NCBI GenBank assembly: GCA_046045965.1 | Contig: JBJOKS010000027.1 | Coordinates: 1 to 64,000 of the forward strand | DNA length: 64,000 nucleotides | From: Cyanobacteriota bacterium | GTDB lineage: Bacteria > Cyanobacteriota > Cyanobacteriia > Cyanobacteriales > Nostocaceae | Direction of reading: 5' to 3' | Shown here: positions 25,718-36,256 of the stretch, one piece after another | Layout: every line of letters starts with the position of its first letter | Position numbering within the stretch: the first letter of the stretch is position 1 | Translations under genes and position numbers: made by a program | The notes under the pieces: generated by a model | What the model was told of the DNA's origin: nothing | Databases searched by the model: none | What the model saw: only the letters and a program-made list of their open reading frames with translations

Positions 25718-27397
25718 TTATGAATTACCACAACGATAAAGCTGATAGGGATATGAGCCGATGCGATGGTGGTGGTTATTGTCTATGTTACAAGCTATTT
25801 TTTCGGGCAATTCCAACTGTGCAGCGAAATCTTCTCTTTTCATATTTGAACCTACAAACCACAAATTCATATTAGATATATTCGGTTTAGAAAAGCGAAA
25901 AAGTTGGTGATTAATAGTAGAGAAATCAACAGAGTGATCTAAAAAAGCTAGACTATCTTGATCTTGAATTTTTGGATGATTATTTCTCAGTTTTTCTAAT
26001 GCTAAAGCAAAACTTAATCCTGCCGCTACATCTTGATAATTGTCGTATTTTACTACCAACATCAAAGGTACAGTAGGTTGTAAATTCATATTTTCGGCAA
26101 CTTTTTCAGGTAGAAAGGGTTTTTGAAACGTTAAATTATTAACAACAAAAATACAACTGGTTATACCTACTATTAAAAAGATATATTTGGGAATTCTTAT
26201 TTTATCGAAGCTTGCTGCAATGAGAGCGCAAAAACTCGGATAATAAACAAAGCTATAACGGGGTACAATAGTAATATCTTTACCTAATAAATAGGCAATA
26301 ACGAAGAATTGAAATAATACAAAAAAAGTGAAACTTAAAAGTGTGAATGTAGAGAAATGAGTTGTATGATTAGCCCATAGTAACTTGAGATTTGCCAAGA
26401 CCTTTAAACCCACAAAAATTGTAAATATTACCATCAAAAAACTACAAATAATTTGAATTACCAAAGGTTGATTTTCCACAGGGAGCGTAATGATCATTAA
26501 TACCCAGTTGAGCAGAGTTTGATAGATAGGTTCAAAGTGCTGAGGAGATGGTAACCAGTTAGTTTCTGAACTACGAAAATGTCTGAATGACACCATTAAC
26601 CAGGGAATAAAGCTAATAATAACAGTACAAGTTGAGAGAATTAAATATAAACAGATTTGGCGGAAGTTGACGATTTTGAATCTACCTCTATAAATTAGGA
26701 ATAAAAGGGTGAGAATTTGAGCATTTAAAGAGAGAATAAAAAAATAGTGAACATAAAGACCAATACTATTAATAGTAGCCCAAGATATCCAGATCCAAAA
26801 TTTAGAACTGTTATGTTCAAAAATATCTTGTTTAATTTTCATGAGCAAAAATAATGCTATGCTAATTAATAGCATAGGTAAAGTATAGTGCCTTGCTTCT
26901 TGGGAGAGGTAAACAGCAAAGGGGGATAAAGCCATAAACAATGCTGCCATAATTCCCGATGTGGGAGAAAAGGCAAGACAATTAACACCATAAATTGCTA
27001 TAATTGCAGCCACACCAAATAAAGCGGGGAGCGATCGCAATTTTGCCACACACCCTGCACTCAAGGGATGTAGCCACTCTAACCAACTATACATTCCACA
27101 AAAAAACAGCGGTGGATGAGTGGAATAATTAGCAAGATTTTCCGCAATTTGCGAGCAACTAACTCCAGATTTAAAAGCGAAAATGTCCTGTAGCTGGTGG
27201 AGAGGAAAAACTACGTCTAAAGGTAAATCACGGTAATTTTTACCCAAACTAAAAATAGCGGTAATTATTTCATCTAACCACAGAGGTTTTAAGTCCAAAT
27301 GCCAAAAGCGCAAAATAGCTCCCAGTGCTATAGCACCAGTTAAACCCAGATAATGTAGATAAATTTGACGATTAATCATTATGTAGTTATTGGACAT
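25718..27397 (-). CDS. GT39/PMT-like membrane glycosyltransferase
   Basis: LRFWHLDLKPLWLDE, HPPLF, LRSLPALFG, SQEARHY. Confidence 0.85.
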   Translation of the reverse strand: MSNNYIMINRQIYLHYLGLTGAIALGAILRFWHLDLKPLWLDEIITAIFSLGKNYRDLPLDVVFPLHQLQDIFAFKSGVSCSQIAENLANYSTHPPLFFCGMYSWLEWLHPLSAGCVAKLRSLPALFGVAAIIAIYGVNCLAFSPTSGIMAALFMALSPFAVYLSQEARHYTLPMLLISIALFLLMKIKQDIFEHNSSKFWIWISWATINSIGLYVHYFFILSLNAQILTLLFLIYRGRFKIVNFRQICLYLILSTCTVIISFIPWLMVSFRHFRSSETNWLPSPQHFEPIYQTLLNWVLMIITLPVENQPLVIQIICSFLMVIFTIFVGLKVLANLKLLWANHTTHFSTFTLLSFTFFVLFQFFVIAYLLGKDITIVPRYSFVYYPSFCALIAASFDKIRIPKYIFLIVGITSCIFVVNNLTFQKPFLPEKVAENMNLQPTVPLMLVVKYDNYQDVAAGLSFALALEKLRNNHPKIQDQDSLAFLDHSVDFSTINHQLFRFSKPNISNMNLWFVGSNMKREDFAAQLELPEKIACNIDNNHHHRIGSYPYQLYRCGNS

Positions 27398-27511
27398 TTA
27401 TATGAATTTTTGGTATTGCATCGGCGGAAATATAAATAAAGGCACATAAATAATAAATCAATCTTTTTAATTTCTCACCCCTATAAACAACAAAAAAGCC
27501 TAAATATTAAT

Positions 27512-29893
27512 ATGTCAAAAGATCAGTTTACAGATATATATTCTCAAGAAACCGTAGAATCAGAAGAGATTCAACAATCATCTGTGACTAGGTTACGGGA
27601 AAATATTCACAAAATTCGTGATAAATTGCGGTCTGGACAAAAGCAAATGGCTGACTGGGAAACCGGACCGTTGGCTGTATCTGCTGTTCCTGGTGCTGGT
27701 AAATCTACGGGTATGGCCGCTGCTGCTGCTATAGCAATAGCGCGTCAATATCAGCTTTCTGTTTCCACAGGTAAGAGTTATCGCCGTCAGTTGGTAGTTG
27801 TCACATTTACCCGTTCCGCTGCTGCTAACCTGAAATTAAAAATCCGCGACAAGTTAAAAGAATTAGGCTTACCACAAACTGGTTTTGTTGTTTATACTCT
27901 ACATGGTTTAGCCTTAAATATAGCCAGTCGTCATCCTGATTTATCGGGTTTACAATTAGAAAATGTTACATTAATTACTCCTAATCAAAGTCATCGCTTT
28001 ATCCGTATAGCCGTAGAACAATGGATTAATAATCATCCTATAATTTATCGCCGCTTGTTAGAAGGTCAACAATTTGACGGAGAAGAAACAGAAAAGTTGC
28101 GTCGTCAGTCAGTGCTGCGAACGGAAGTATTACCAGATTTGGCTTATACTGTGATTCATGAAGCTAAAAGTTCGGGAATCTTACCAGAAAAATTGTACCA
28201 ATGGAGTGAAAAAAGTAAAGATCCCTATCAAATTTTACGCATTGCGGCGGGATTGTACGAAGAATATCAAAAATTAATGCAATTGCAGGACTTCATCGAC
28301 TACGATGATATGATTTTAGCCTCCTTGAAGGTATTAGAAAATGATAGCGCCAGAAGGATTGAAAAAAACAAAATTTTCGCCGTTTTTGAAGATGAAGCTC
28401 AAGATTCTAGCCAACTACAAACGCAACTTTTAGAAATATTAGCTAGTGAGGGCGACGGAAATAATTCAGATCAATCAATACTTAACTTAGTGCGAGTTGG
28501 TGATCCTAACCAAGCAATTAACTCAACTTTTACCCCTGCTGATCCGATTTATTTTCGTGAGTTTTGTAAAAATTGTGATGTTGATCAACGACTAGCAACA
28601 ATGAATCAAGCTGGACGCAGTAGCCGGATTATTATTGATGCTGCTAACTTTGCTTTGCAATGGGTAAATAGTCAATGGTCAACAAAAAATAACAACAAAC
28701 AAACACCATTTTTAGAGCAAAAAATTGAGGCTGTTAATGTTGATGATCCGCAACCAGATGCGAATCCTACACCAGTGGGAAAAGGTTTAGAATTATATAG
28801 TCCTCGTGATATTCATCAGACAGTTGAGTTACTTTCTCAGAGAGTTGTAGAGTTATTTAAGTACAATTCCCAATCCTGTGCTGCTGTATTGGTGCGAGAA
28901 AATCGTCAAGGTAGATGGTTAGCAGAAGCATTAGAACCGATTTGTAAAGAACATAATATTAAACTTTATGATGTGGGAGAAAGAGAAAGACGTTCTCATG
29001 TTCCCCAAGAGATTTTATCATTATTGCAATTTTGCGATCGCCCCCATTCTCCTGATTATTTAAAAGCTACCTTAGAGGTTTTAGTCCAACGTCAATTAAT
29101 TCCCACCCAAGATATTAACACTCTCGCTAGTTTACCAGAAGAATTTTTATATCCTGGACCCTTAGCAACTCCCCAAACAGAGACAGTGCAAAAAGCTGCT
29201 CATTTATGTCGAAGTTTGCTTCGCGCTCGTGTAGAATTACCCACATATCAAATTATTTCCTTTTTAGCCTTAACCTTAAATTATGATCAAGCAGAATTAG
29301 CCACATCTGACAAACTTGCAGAACGGGTAAACCTGCAAATCTTCAGTAATAATTCAATGGGTGCAATGCTTTCCGCTTTAAGTGAAATCGTCAATTCTGA
29401 ACGGTTTGAACCAGTCGATACAGACAATTTAGAAGAACAATATACTAAAAAAGGTCAACTAACAATTATCACCATGCACAAAGCCAAAGGGCTAGACTGG
29501 GATCATGTGTTTTTGCCTTTTTTACATGAAAATTTAATTCCTGGTAAATTTTGGGTTCCTCCCCAAAGTCAATTTTTAGGAGCTTTTACTTTATCAGAAG
29601 TAGCACGGGCCCAAATTCGGGCTGCACTTCATCAAAAAGGGGAAAATATACCCAATATTAGCCAAGCTTGGGAAGATGCAAAATATCTGAAAATGGCGGA
29701 AGAATACCGTTTACTTTATGTTGCCATGACTAGGGCTAAAAAGTTGTTATGGATGTCTGCGGCTCAACAAGCACCTTTTACTTGGAGTAAACCCAATAAT
29801 TTACAAGCTTCAGCACCTTGTCCGGTTTTTGCAGCTTTAAAAAGACAGTTTTTTGAAAATGTGATGAATTTGGCTGTAGTATCCAAATCATAG
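27512..29893 (+). CDS. UvrD/REP-family ATP-dependent DNA helicase
   Basis: AVPGAGKS, VTFTRSAA, EDEAQD, VGDPNQAI, TMHKAKGLDW, LLYVAMTRA. Confidence 0.93.
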   Translation: MSKDQFTDIYSQETVESEEIQQSSVTRLRENIHKIRDKLRSGQKQMADWETGPLAVSAVPGAGKSTGMAAAAAIAIARQYQLSVSTGKSYRRQLVVVTFTRSAAANLKLKIRDKLKELGLPQTGFVVYTLHGLALNIASRHPDLSGLQLENVTLITPNQSHRFIRIAVEQWINNHPIIYRRLLEGQQFDGEETEKLRRQSVLRTEVLPDLAYTVIHEAKSSGILPEKLYQWSEKSKDPYQILRIAAGLYEEYQKLMQLQDFIDYDDMILASLKVLENDSARRIEKNKIFAVFEDEAQDSSQLQTQLLEILASEGDGNNSDQSILNLVRVGDPNQAINSTFTPADPIYFREFCKNCDVDQRLATMNQAGRSSRIIIDAANFALQWVNSQWSTKNNNKQTPFLEQKIEAVNVDDPQPDANPTPVGKGLELYSPRDIHQTVELLSQRVVELFKYNSQSCAAVLVRENRQGRWLAEALEPICKEHNIKLYDVGERERRSHVPQEILSLLQFCDRPHSPDYLKATLEVLVQRQLIPTQDINTLASLPEEFLYPGPLATPQTETVQKAAHLCRSLLRARVELPTYQIISFLALTLNYDQAELATSDKLAERVNLQIFSNNSMGAMLSALSEIVNSERFEPVDTDNLEEQYTKKGQLTIITMHKAKGLDWDHVFLPFLHENLIPGKFWVPPQSQFLGAFTLSEVARAQIRAALHQKGENIPNISQAWEDAKYLKMAEEYRLLYVAMTRAKKLLWMSAAQQAPFTWSKPNNLQASAPCPVFAALKRQFFENVMNLAVVSKS

Positions 29894-29931
29894 ATGAAGC
29901 GCGCTCCCTGTCATTTATACCTTAGTTGGCT

Positions 29932-30372
29932 ATGAAAATCCAATCCTGGCTTAAATCACTGTCCAAAAAGTATGATCCCTATCTAACTTGGGTGTTGTTA
30001 ATATTGATGTTATCTTCTGTATTTTGGAATATTTATAGCATTCAAAAAGATATAGCTTTAGATAAACAAAGACAACAAGCTCAGGAACGTCTAGATAATT
30101 ACTTTCAACAAGGTGATAAACTTAAAGAAAAATCAGCACAAAAAACAGATGCAATTAAAAAAATAAACCAGGAAGTTAAACAATGTTTGGCACAAAATAA
30201 AACCGAAGTCAATAAATGTGAAAATCTTTTAGCTAAATCAGTTGCACTTACTGAAGAATTTAAGACTATTTCTCAAGAGTACCAACAATTGATGGTAAAT
30301 ATAAATCAAGATTACTGTTTTCTCTATCCTGATACAAATGAAAAAAATTGCCAAATACTTAAGAAAAAATAA
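29932..30372 (+). CDS. Hypothetical membrane-anchored coiled-coil protein with 4 Cys
   Basis: One N-terminal TM helix, helical remainder; AT-rich. Confidence 0.65.
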   Translation: MKIQSWLKSLSKKYDPYLTWVLLILMLSSVFWNIYSIQKDIALDKQRQQAQERLDNYFQQGDKLKEKSAQKTDAIKKINQEVKQCLAQNKTEVNKCENLLAKSVALTEEFKTISQEYQQLMVNINQDYCFLYPDTNEKNCQILKKK

Positions 30373-30526
30373 AGAGTCAGTAGCGATGGAGAGAAATTAA
30401 CTAATGTCTAATGACTAATAACTAATGACCAATCTCTATTCATTCATTGCCAAAATCGGGAACAAAATCAGGATAAAAACCGTAAATGTAATTGTATATG
30501 TTTTCAAAGAGGCAAGGAAATTAAAT

Positions 30527-31498
30527 ATGCTATCAAATCTAAAAAATAACCGTAAATTATCAAAATCAATTGTTTTCACCCTGGCTTTAACGGGTTTGCT
30601 AACTGGTGGAATACATATCACTAATAATAATACAGCGTTAGCTATTACCAAAACCCAACAAACACAAATAGCTCAAAATACTTTACCTAGAAATATTGCC
30701 AGAGCAGTGTTAAGAAATGCTTCTGTGCGTTCTGGTGTGAAAATACCTGATTTGAAAATTTCTCAAGTCACGCCTACAACTTTTAGCAACCGCTGTATGT
30801 TCGAGTTTAAAGAGGTTTGCACTAAGGAATTTAATCCTATTCAGGGTTGGGTTGTAGTTGTGAAGGTAAAACAGCAATCTTGGACTTATCACGTTAGTCA
30901 ATCTTCGCAAATTGTGATTGATCCGAAAATTAATTTTTCTGATGTTTCTCAATTACCAAAAACTATTGCTAATAAAGTTTTGAAAGATGCTGCTAACCGT
31001 TCTGGTGTACCAAGTAGTTCTGTAAAAATTATTCGTTCCACACAAAAGAATTTTAGTAATTCCTGTGTGTTCAATTTTGGTGAAGTCTGTACTCAACAAT
31101 ATGATCCCGTTGCAGGTTGGGAAATAGTTGTGAAGGTGAAAGCAGAATCTTGGACTTATCATGTCAATAAGTCTGGTTCGCAAATTGTAATTGATCCGAA
31201 AATTACTGCTACTGAGGGTTCTAAATTACCAGAAAAGATTGCTGAAAAAGTTTTGAGTGATGCTTATCAACGTTCGCGTTTGCAAACTACCGCTATCAAA
31301 ATTACTGGTACTGTTCAGAAAACTTTTAGTAATTCCTGTGTGTTTAATTTTGGTGAAATTTGTACTCAGCAATATGATCCTGTTGAGGGTTGGGAAGTGG
31401 TTCTCAGCGTTAACAATCAATTTTGGACTTATCATGTAGATCGTACAGGTTCACGCATCGTTTTAGCTCCCCAGGTCGCAGCCACCTTGAAAAAATAA
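30527..31498 (+). CDS. Secreted protein with three ~90-aa repeats (C-x-F-x-F-x-E-x-C-T motif)
   Basis: Signal peptide ending ALA; repeats LP..IA..VL..A..RS...FSN.C.F.F.E.CT....P..GW...V.V....WTYHV. Confidence 0.85.
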   Translation: MLSNLKNNRKLSKSIVFTLALTGLLTGGIHITNNNTALAITKTQQTQIAQNTLPRNIARAVLRNASVRSGVKIPDLKISQVTPTTFSNRCMFEFKEVCTKEFNPIQGWVVVVKVKQQSWTYHVSQSSQIVIDPKINFSDVSQLPKTIANKVLKDAANRSGVPSSSVKIIRSTQKNFSNSCVFNFGEVCTQQYDPVAGWEIVVKVKAESWTYHVNKSGSQIVIDPKITATEGSKLPEKIAEKVLSDAYQRSRLQTTAIKITGTVQKTFSNSCVFNFGEICTQQYDPVEGWEVVLSVNNQFWTYHVDRTGSRIVLAPQVAATLKK

Positions 31499-31512
31499 AG
31501 GAAGCAGGAGTC

Positions 31513-31586
31513 ATAGGGGCGAAGCATTTGGAAAATAAACTGGGGAAAAAACCGATAAATTATCGTCCGAATGCTTCGCCCGTACA
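31513..31586. repeat. REP-like palindrome GGGCGAAGCATT...AATGCTTCGCCC embedded in a CAGGAGT tract
   Basis: Perfect 12-bp inverted arms with flanking TAG/TAC; STRR on both sides. Confidence 0.75.
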
Positions 31587-31726
31587 GGAGTCAGGAGTCA
31601 GGAGCAACCCCTAAATATTAGGTGTTCCCTGTTCCTGCTGATAGCTGCTGACATTCTTGACAAATGTTGGTTAATTTGAGTTTTATTGGTATATAATTGT
31701 AGATTGTGTTGATTCAAAGCCATATC

Positions 31727-31924
31727 ATGCCTAAACTCAAGACTCGCAAGGCAGCAGCGAAAAGATTCCGCACTACCGGTAGCGGTAAAATAGTGCGTCG
31801 TAAACCTTTCAAAAACCATTTGTTAGAGCATAAATCCTCTAGCAAAAAGAGCAATCTGTCGAAAATGGCAGTTGTCCATGAACGCGACGAAGATAACGTG
31901 CGGTTAATGCTTCCATATTTGTAA
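31727..31924 (+). CDS. rpmI: 50S ribosomal protein L35
   Basis: [14 protein letters not shown]...HLL; upstream of rplT. Confidence 0.98.
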   Translation: MPKLKTRKAAAKRFRTTGSGKIVRRKPFKNHLLEHKSSSKKSNLSKMAVVHERDEDNVRLMLPYL

Positions 31925-31945
31925 ATCCTTCAGGTACTGTAAAAA

Positions 31946-32302
31946 ATGACTCGTGTAAAACGCGGTAATGTAGCTCGTAAACGCCGCAATAAAATTCTCA
32001 AATTAGCTAAAGGTTTTCGTGGTTCTCACTCCACTCTGTTTAGAACCGCTAACCAACAGGTGATGAAGGCGCTTCGCAGTGCATACCGCGATCGCAAAAA
32101 GAAAAAGCGCGATTTTCGCCGTCTGTGGATCACCCGTATTAACGCAGCTTCTAGACAACATGGTTTGAGCTACAGCCAGTTAATTGGTAATCTCAAAAAA
32201 GCTAACGTTGAGCTAAACCGCAAAATGTTGGCACAGTTGGCAGTTCTTGATCCTGCAAGCTTCGCTAAAGTTGCTGAACTGGCAAACTCCGCTAAAGGCT
32301 AA
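31946..32302 (+). CDS. rplT: 50S ribosomal protein L20
   Basis: MTRVKRG...[12 protein letters not shown]...LNRKMLA. Confidence 0.99.
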   Translation: MTRVKRGNVARKRRNKILKLAKGFRGSHSTLFRTANQQVMKALRSAYRDRKKKKRDFRRLWITRINAASRQHGLSYSQLIGNLKKANVELNRKMLAQLAVLDPASFAKVAELANSAKG

Positions 32303-32464
32303 AGGTAGGAACGGATGAATAACGGATGTAACGGATAGCTCCTTCGGAAAATTAAAAATTAAAAATTCAAAATTCAAAATTCAAATTTTGAATTTGACAG
32401 TTTGAATTTTTAATGGGAGCGTATCGCTTAGACGTAGCGTCTCGTAGGAAAACGAAGGTTAATT

Positions 32465-33250
32465 ATGAATCGGTTACATCTGGTATTATCCGCTACCTTT
32501 ATCTTAATTTTTTGCCTGTTCTTTGGGGAGATAGATGTGGTGGCTTCTGCTGCGACTATGGCAGAAATTCAACAGCGGGGCTATTTGACTGTGGCGGTTA
32601 AGGATAATCTTCGTCCTTTGGGTTTTAGGGATGATAAAGGCGATTTACAAGGCTTAGAGATTGATTTAACCAAGCGTTTGGCAGCTGATTTGTTAGGTAA
32701 AGCAGATGCTGTGAAGTTGCAACCTGTAGCTAACCGCGATCGCTTACCTGCGGTTTTTGATCATCAAGTTGATCTGGCGATCGCCAGAGTTACCGCCACT
32801 CAATCACGATCCCGCATAGTTAGCTTCAGTGTTCCTTACTATTATGATGGGGCAGCAATAGTTACAAAAAATACCGCTATTAAAAATTTTCAAGACTTAG
32901 CAAAACGTAAAATCGCTGTACTCAGTCACTCCAGCACTATTTCTTACATAAAATACTTTATACCTAATGCTGAATTAGTCGGTGTTAATTCCTACAACCA
33001 AGGAAGAGAGCAGATAGAAAGTGGTAAAGTGGATGCTTTTGCTGCTGATGTCAGCGTTTTAAGTGGTTGGGTGCAAGAATATCCCCAGTATCAAATATTG
33101 CCTACCAAACTATCAACAGAACCATTATCTGTAGTTATGCCCAAAGGATTGCAGTACGATGAATTAAGAAGAGCAGTAAATGAAGCGATCGCCCGTTATA
33201 CAATTACAGGTTGGCTCAAAGAACGTGTAGAATATTGGGGACTAAAATAA
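32465..33250 (+). CDS. Amino acid ABC transporter substrate-binding protein (family 3)
   Basis: Signal peptide, RGYLTVAV, GLEIDL, FSVPYY. Confidence 0.88.
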   Translation: MNRLHLVLSATFILIFCLFFGEIDVVASAATMAEIQQRGYLTVAVKDNLRPLGFRDDKGDLQGLEIDLTKRLAADLLGKADAVKLQPVANRDRLPAVFDHQVDLAIARVTATQSRSRIVSFSVPYYYDGAAIVTKNTAIKNFQDLAKRKIAVLSHSSTISYIKYFIPNAELVGVNSYNQGREQIESGKVDAFAADVSVLSGWVQEYPQYQILPTKLSTEPLSVVMPKGLQYDELRRAVNEAIARYTITGWLKERVEYWGLK

Positions 33251-33382
33251 TTCAGAATGTATAATTAATAATTCAGAATGTATGAACTTTTATTGTTAAA
33301 TCTTAATTTATTTATTTCCCCATTTTCCCAGAAAGTTGATAATAGATAGAGAAAGCAAGTTTAATATTTGTATTTGCAACCA

Positions 33383-33907
33383 ATGGATAACAATCTAGTA
33401 ATCGTTTATCTCTCAATTTTCGTCGGTTTGCTCCTATTTGCGGGAGTGAGTGTTTTTCGGCAAATTTTCAAAACTCGTAAACTTGAAAATTCTCTTTCCC
33501 GGTTGAAAACCAAATTGACAAAAGAAAAAGGTACTGCTCAAGAATATTACGAATTAGCCAGTATTTATTCAGAAAAAAAAGTTTTTACCCAGGCAATACC
33601 CCTATTTCAAAAAGCTCTGAAAGCCGCAGAAGAAGAGGGAGAAGAAAGTATTGCCCCAGTCTATAATGGTTTGGGATATGTTTACTTTGCCCAAGAACAA
33701 TATGATTTAGCAATTAAGCAGTACAAAGAAGCACTGAAATTACAGCCTAATTATGTAACAGCCTTGAATAATCTTGGACACGCTTACGAAAAGAAAAAAT
33801 TAACTGCTCAGGCGTTGCAAATGTATGAAGAAGCACTAAAAATTTCACCAAATAACGCCATAGCTAAACGTCGTGCTGAATCTTTGCGTCGTTTAGTTTC
33901 TGCATAA
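33383..33907 (+). CDS. ycf37: TPR protein Ycf37/Pyg7 (PSI assembly)
   Basis: N-terminal TM followed by three TPRs (YYELAS, VYNGLGY, ALNNLGHAYE). Confidence 0.8.
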   Translation: MDNNLVIVYLSIFVGLLLFAGVSVFRQIFKTRKLENSLSRLKTKLTKEKGTAQEYYELASIYSEKKVFTQAIPLFQKALKAAEEEGEESIAPVYNGLGYVYFAQEQYDLAIKQYKEALKLQPNYVTALNNLGHAYEKKKLTAQALQMYEEALKISPNNAIAKRRAESLRRLVSA

Positions 33908-33925
33908 AATAAATATGTAATGTCC

Positions 33926-33958
33926 AGTCCCCAGCTTATTCAAGAAGTTGGGGATTTT
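33926..33958. repeat. Palindromic repeat TCCCC.ACTT...AAGTTGGGGAT (also 47800-47832)
   Basis: Two similar hairpins in the window; may also act as terminators. Confidence 0.7.
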
Positions 33959-34049
33959 TTGATTCTATTTTATGCTAATTATACTGTTTCTGAGTGAGAG
34001 TTTTGAAATCAATAGATATTCATTAGAGGATGTTTACTGATCAAACAGT

Positions 34050-36095
34050 ATGATGCAAAAGCTAAATCATCTTTGTAATTTCCTAAAAGCAAATAATACC
34101 TGCTTGTGGGGTGGGCATATTGACCGCGCAAAAACCCTGTTAAAACTGACTATTTCTTTAATTGTTTGTATTTTTCTAACCCTGGAATTTCCTCATATTG
34201 CATTTGCTCAAGAATCATTTATTACCCATCCTCTCAACCCCTTAACAGAAACAGAAATTACCACCGCAGTAGAGGTATTAAAACGGGAAAAAAAATTAAG
34301 CGAGACAGCATTTTTTCCCATGATAAAATTACAAGAACCAGATAAAAAGGAAGTTTTGAATTTTCAAACTGGTCAAAAATTTCCCCGGCAGGTTTTTTTG
34401 CAAATTTATGAACGCGAACTCAACAAAACCTTTACAGGAACAGTTGAATTAACAACAAAAACCCTAACTTCTTGGCAAGAAATACCTGATGTTCAACCTG
34501 CTATTTTACCCCTAGATTATGAAATAGCCAAAGATGTAGTTAAAGCTGATCCAAGATGGCAAAAAGCCATGATAAAAAGAGGAATTAAAGATTTTAATCA
34601 AGTACAAATAAGTTGTTGGGGAGCAGGAATACTAAGTAAAGAAGAAGCAAAAAATGGTCATCGTCTTTGTCGTGTATTATCCTATTATCAAGGTAAACAC
34701 TGGAATTATTTTTCTCGTCCCATCGAAGGTATTTTAGTTACAGTTGATTTAAATAAAGAAGAAGTTTCTAGTTTTGTGGATAATGGTGTAATTCCTATTT
34801 CTCAAGAAAACTGGGACTATGACATTCAAGCTTTCAGTACATTAACACCACCACCTAAACCATTAAAAATTATTCAACCAGAAGGTAAAACCTTCAAAAT
34901 TCAAGGTAATGAAATTACTTGGCAAGGTTGGCAATTTCGTTATTTAATGCACCCCCGTGAAGGGTTAGTTTTGTATCTGGTTAAATATAATGATGGCGAA
35001 AAAATTAGACCAGTTTTATATCGTGCCAGTCTTTCAGAAATGGCAGTTCCTTATGGTGATCCTCATCCAAATTGGTCATTTCGTAACGCCTTTGATGTGG
35101 GAGAATACAATATAGGTTTATTGGCAAACAAACTAGAATTAGGTCATGAAATTCCTGAAAATGGCGTTTTATTAAATGCCACATTTGCTAATGGTGAAGG
35201 AGAACCTTATACCATGCCTGGAGTAATTGGTATTTATGAAAGAGATAACGGCGTACTCTGGAAACATTTTAATTACAACAGGCAAAAAAATTATATTCGT
35301 CGTAATCGTGAATTAGTCATGAAAATGATTACAACAGTTGATAACTATGATTATAGTTTGAATTGGATATTTCATCAAGATGGAACTTTAGAAATTGAAA
35401 ATGAATTATCTGGAATTGTGTTAGCACAAGGAACATCTGACGAAAAACAATCTAGCAATTCTTTAGGACGTTTATTAGCTAAAAATATATTTGGTGTTAA
35501 TCATCAGCACTTTTTCAATTATCGCCTAGATTTAGACATTGATGGACAAAATAATAATGTCATGGAAATGAATGTTAATTCTGTACCTATCAGTGAAAAC
35601 AATCCTTTAGGAAATACCATCATCGTTGAGGATACATTATTAAAAACAGAAACCGCAGCAGTGCGTGATGCAGATATTAAACACAGTCGAGAATGGATGA
35701 TAGCTAGTGCAGATAAAAAGAATCATTTAGGGGTTGCACCTGCATATATGTTAATGCCAGGAGGAAATACAATTTTGTATGCAGTAGAAGGTGCAAAGAT
35801 TAGAGAAAAAGCTGGTTTTGCAAATCATCATTTTTGGGTGACAAAATATAAACCTAGTGAAATGTATGCAGGTGGTGATTATCCTAATCAAACATCATCA
35901 GGAGAGGGTTTACCTAAATATATTGCTGATCATGAATCTTTAGAAAATGAAGATTTAGTTGTGTGGTACACAATGGGTATGACTCACGTTCCTCGTCCAG
36001 AAGATTGGCCTGTAATGCCACGACATCAAGTAAGTTTTAAACTCATGCCCAGAGGGTTTTTTAAGAGAAATCCAGCAATTAATTTAGGTGAGTAG
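34050..36095 (+). CDS. Copper-containing primary amine oxidase (TynA-like), probably exported
   Basis: HPLNPL, TVDNYDY topaquinone consensus, HQH and THVPRPEDWPVMP copper ligands; hydrophobic segment ending AFA. Confidence 0.93.
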   Translation: MMQKLNHLCNFLKANNTCLWGGHIDRAKTLLKLTISLIVCIFLTLEFPHIAFAQESFITHPLNPLTETEITTAVEVLKREKKLSETAFFPMIKLQEPDKKEVLNFQTGQKFPRQVFLQIYERELNKTFTGTVELTTKTLTSWQEIPDVQPAILPLDYEIAKDVVKADPRWQKAMIKRGIKDFNQVQISCWGAGILSKEEAKNGHRLCRVLSYYQGKHWNYFSRPIEGILVTVDLNKEEVSSFVDNGVIPISQENWDYDIQAFSTLTPPPKPLKIIQPEGKTFKIQGNEITWQGWQFRYLMHPREGLVLYLVKYNDGEKIRPVLYRASLSEMAVPYGDPHPNWSFRNAFDVGEYNIGLLANKLELGHEIPENGVLLNATFANGEGEPYTMPGVIGIYERDNGVLWKHFNYNRQKNYIRRNRELVMKMITTVDNYDYSLNWIFHQDGTLEIENELSGIVLAQGTSDEKQSSNSLGRLLAKNIFGVNHQHFFNYRLDLDIDGQNNNVMEMNVNSVPISENNPLGNTIIVEDTLLKTETAAVRDADIKHSREWMIASADKKNHLGVAPAYMLMPGGNTILYAVEGAKIREKAGFANHHFWVTKYKPSEMYAGGDYPNQTSSGEGLPKYIADHESLENEDLVVWYTMGMTHVPRPEDWPVMPRHQVSFKLMPRGFFKRNPAINLGE

Positions 36096-36099
36096 TTAC

Positions 36100-36150
36100 T
36101 TCTCGTTACCTGTCTCTGACAGGTAATGAAATATATGAGGCTCTGCCTCA
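36100..36150. repeat. Degenerate REP-like element CTCGTTACCTG...CAGGTAATG...GAGGCTCTGCCTC
   Basis: Two short hairpins between the amine oxidase and the RM gene. Confidence 0.55.
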
Positions 36151-36256
36151 AATAAAAATATTACACTTTACTACAAACTTAGACAATAGGTAAAATTATA
36201 CAGTATGATTTTTAATCACAAGGTGCAAAATAATCTTGCTTTTTCGGGTATTAATT

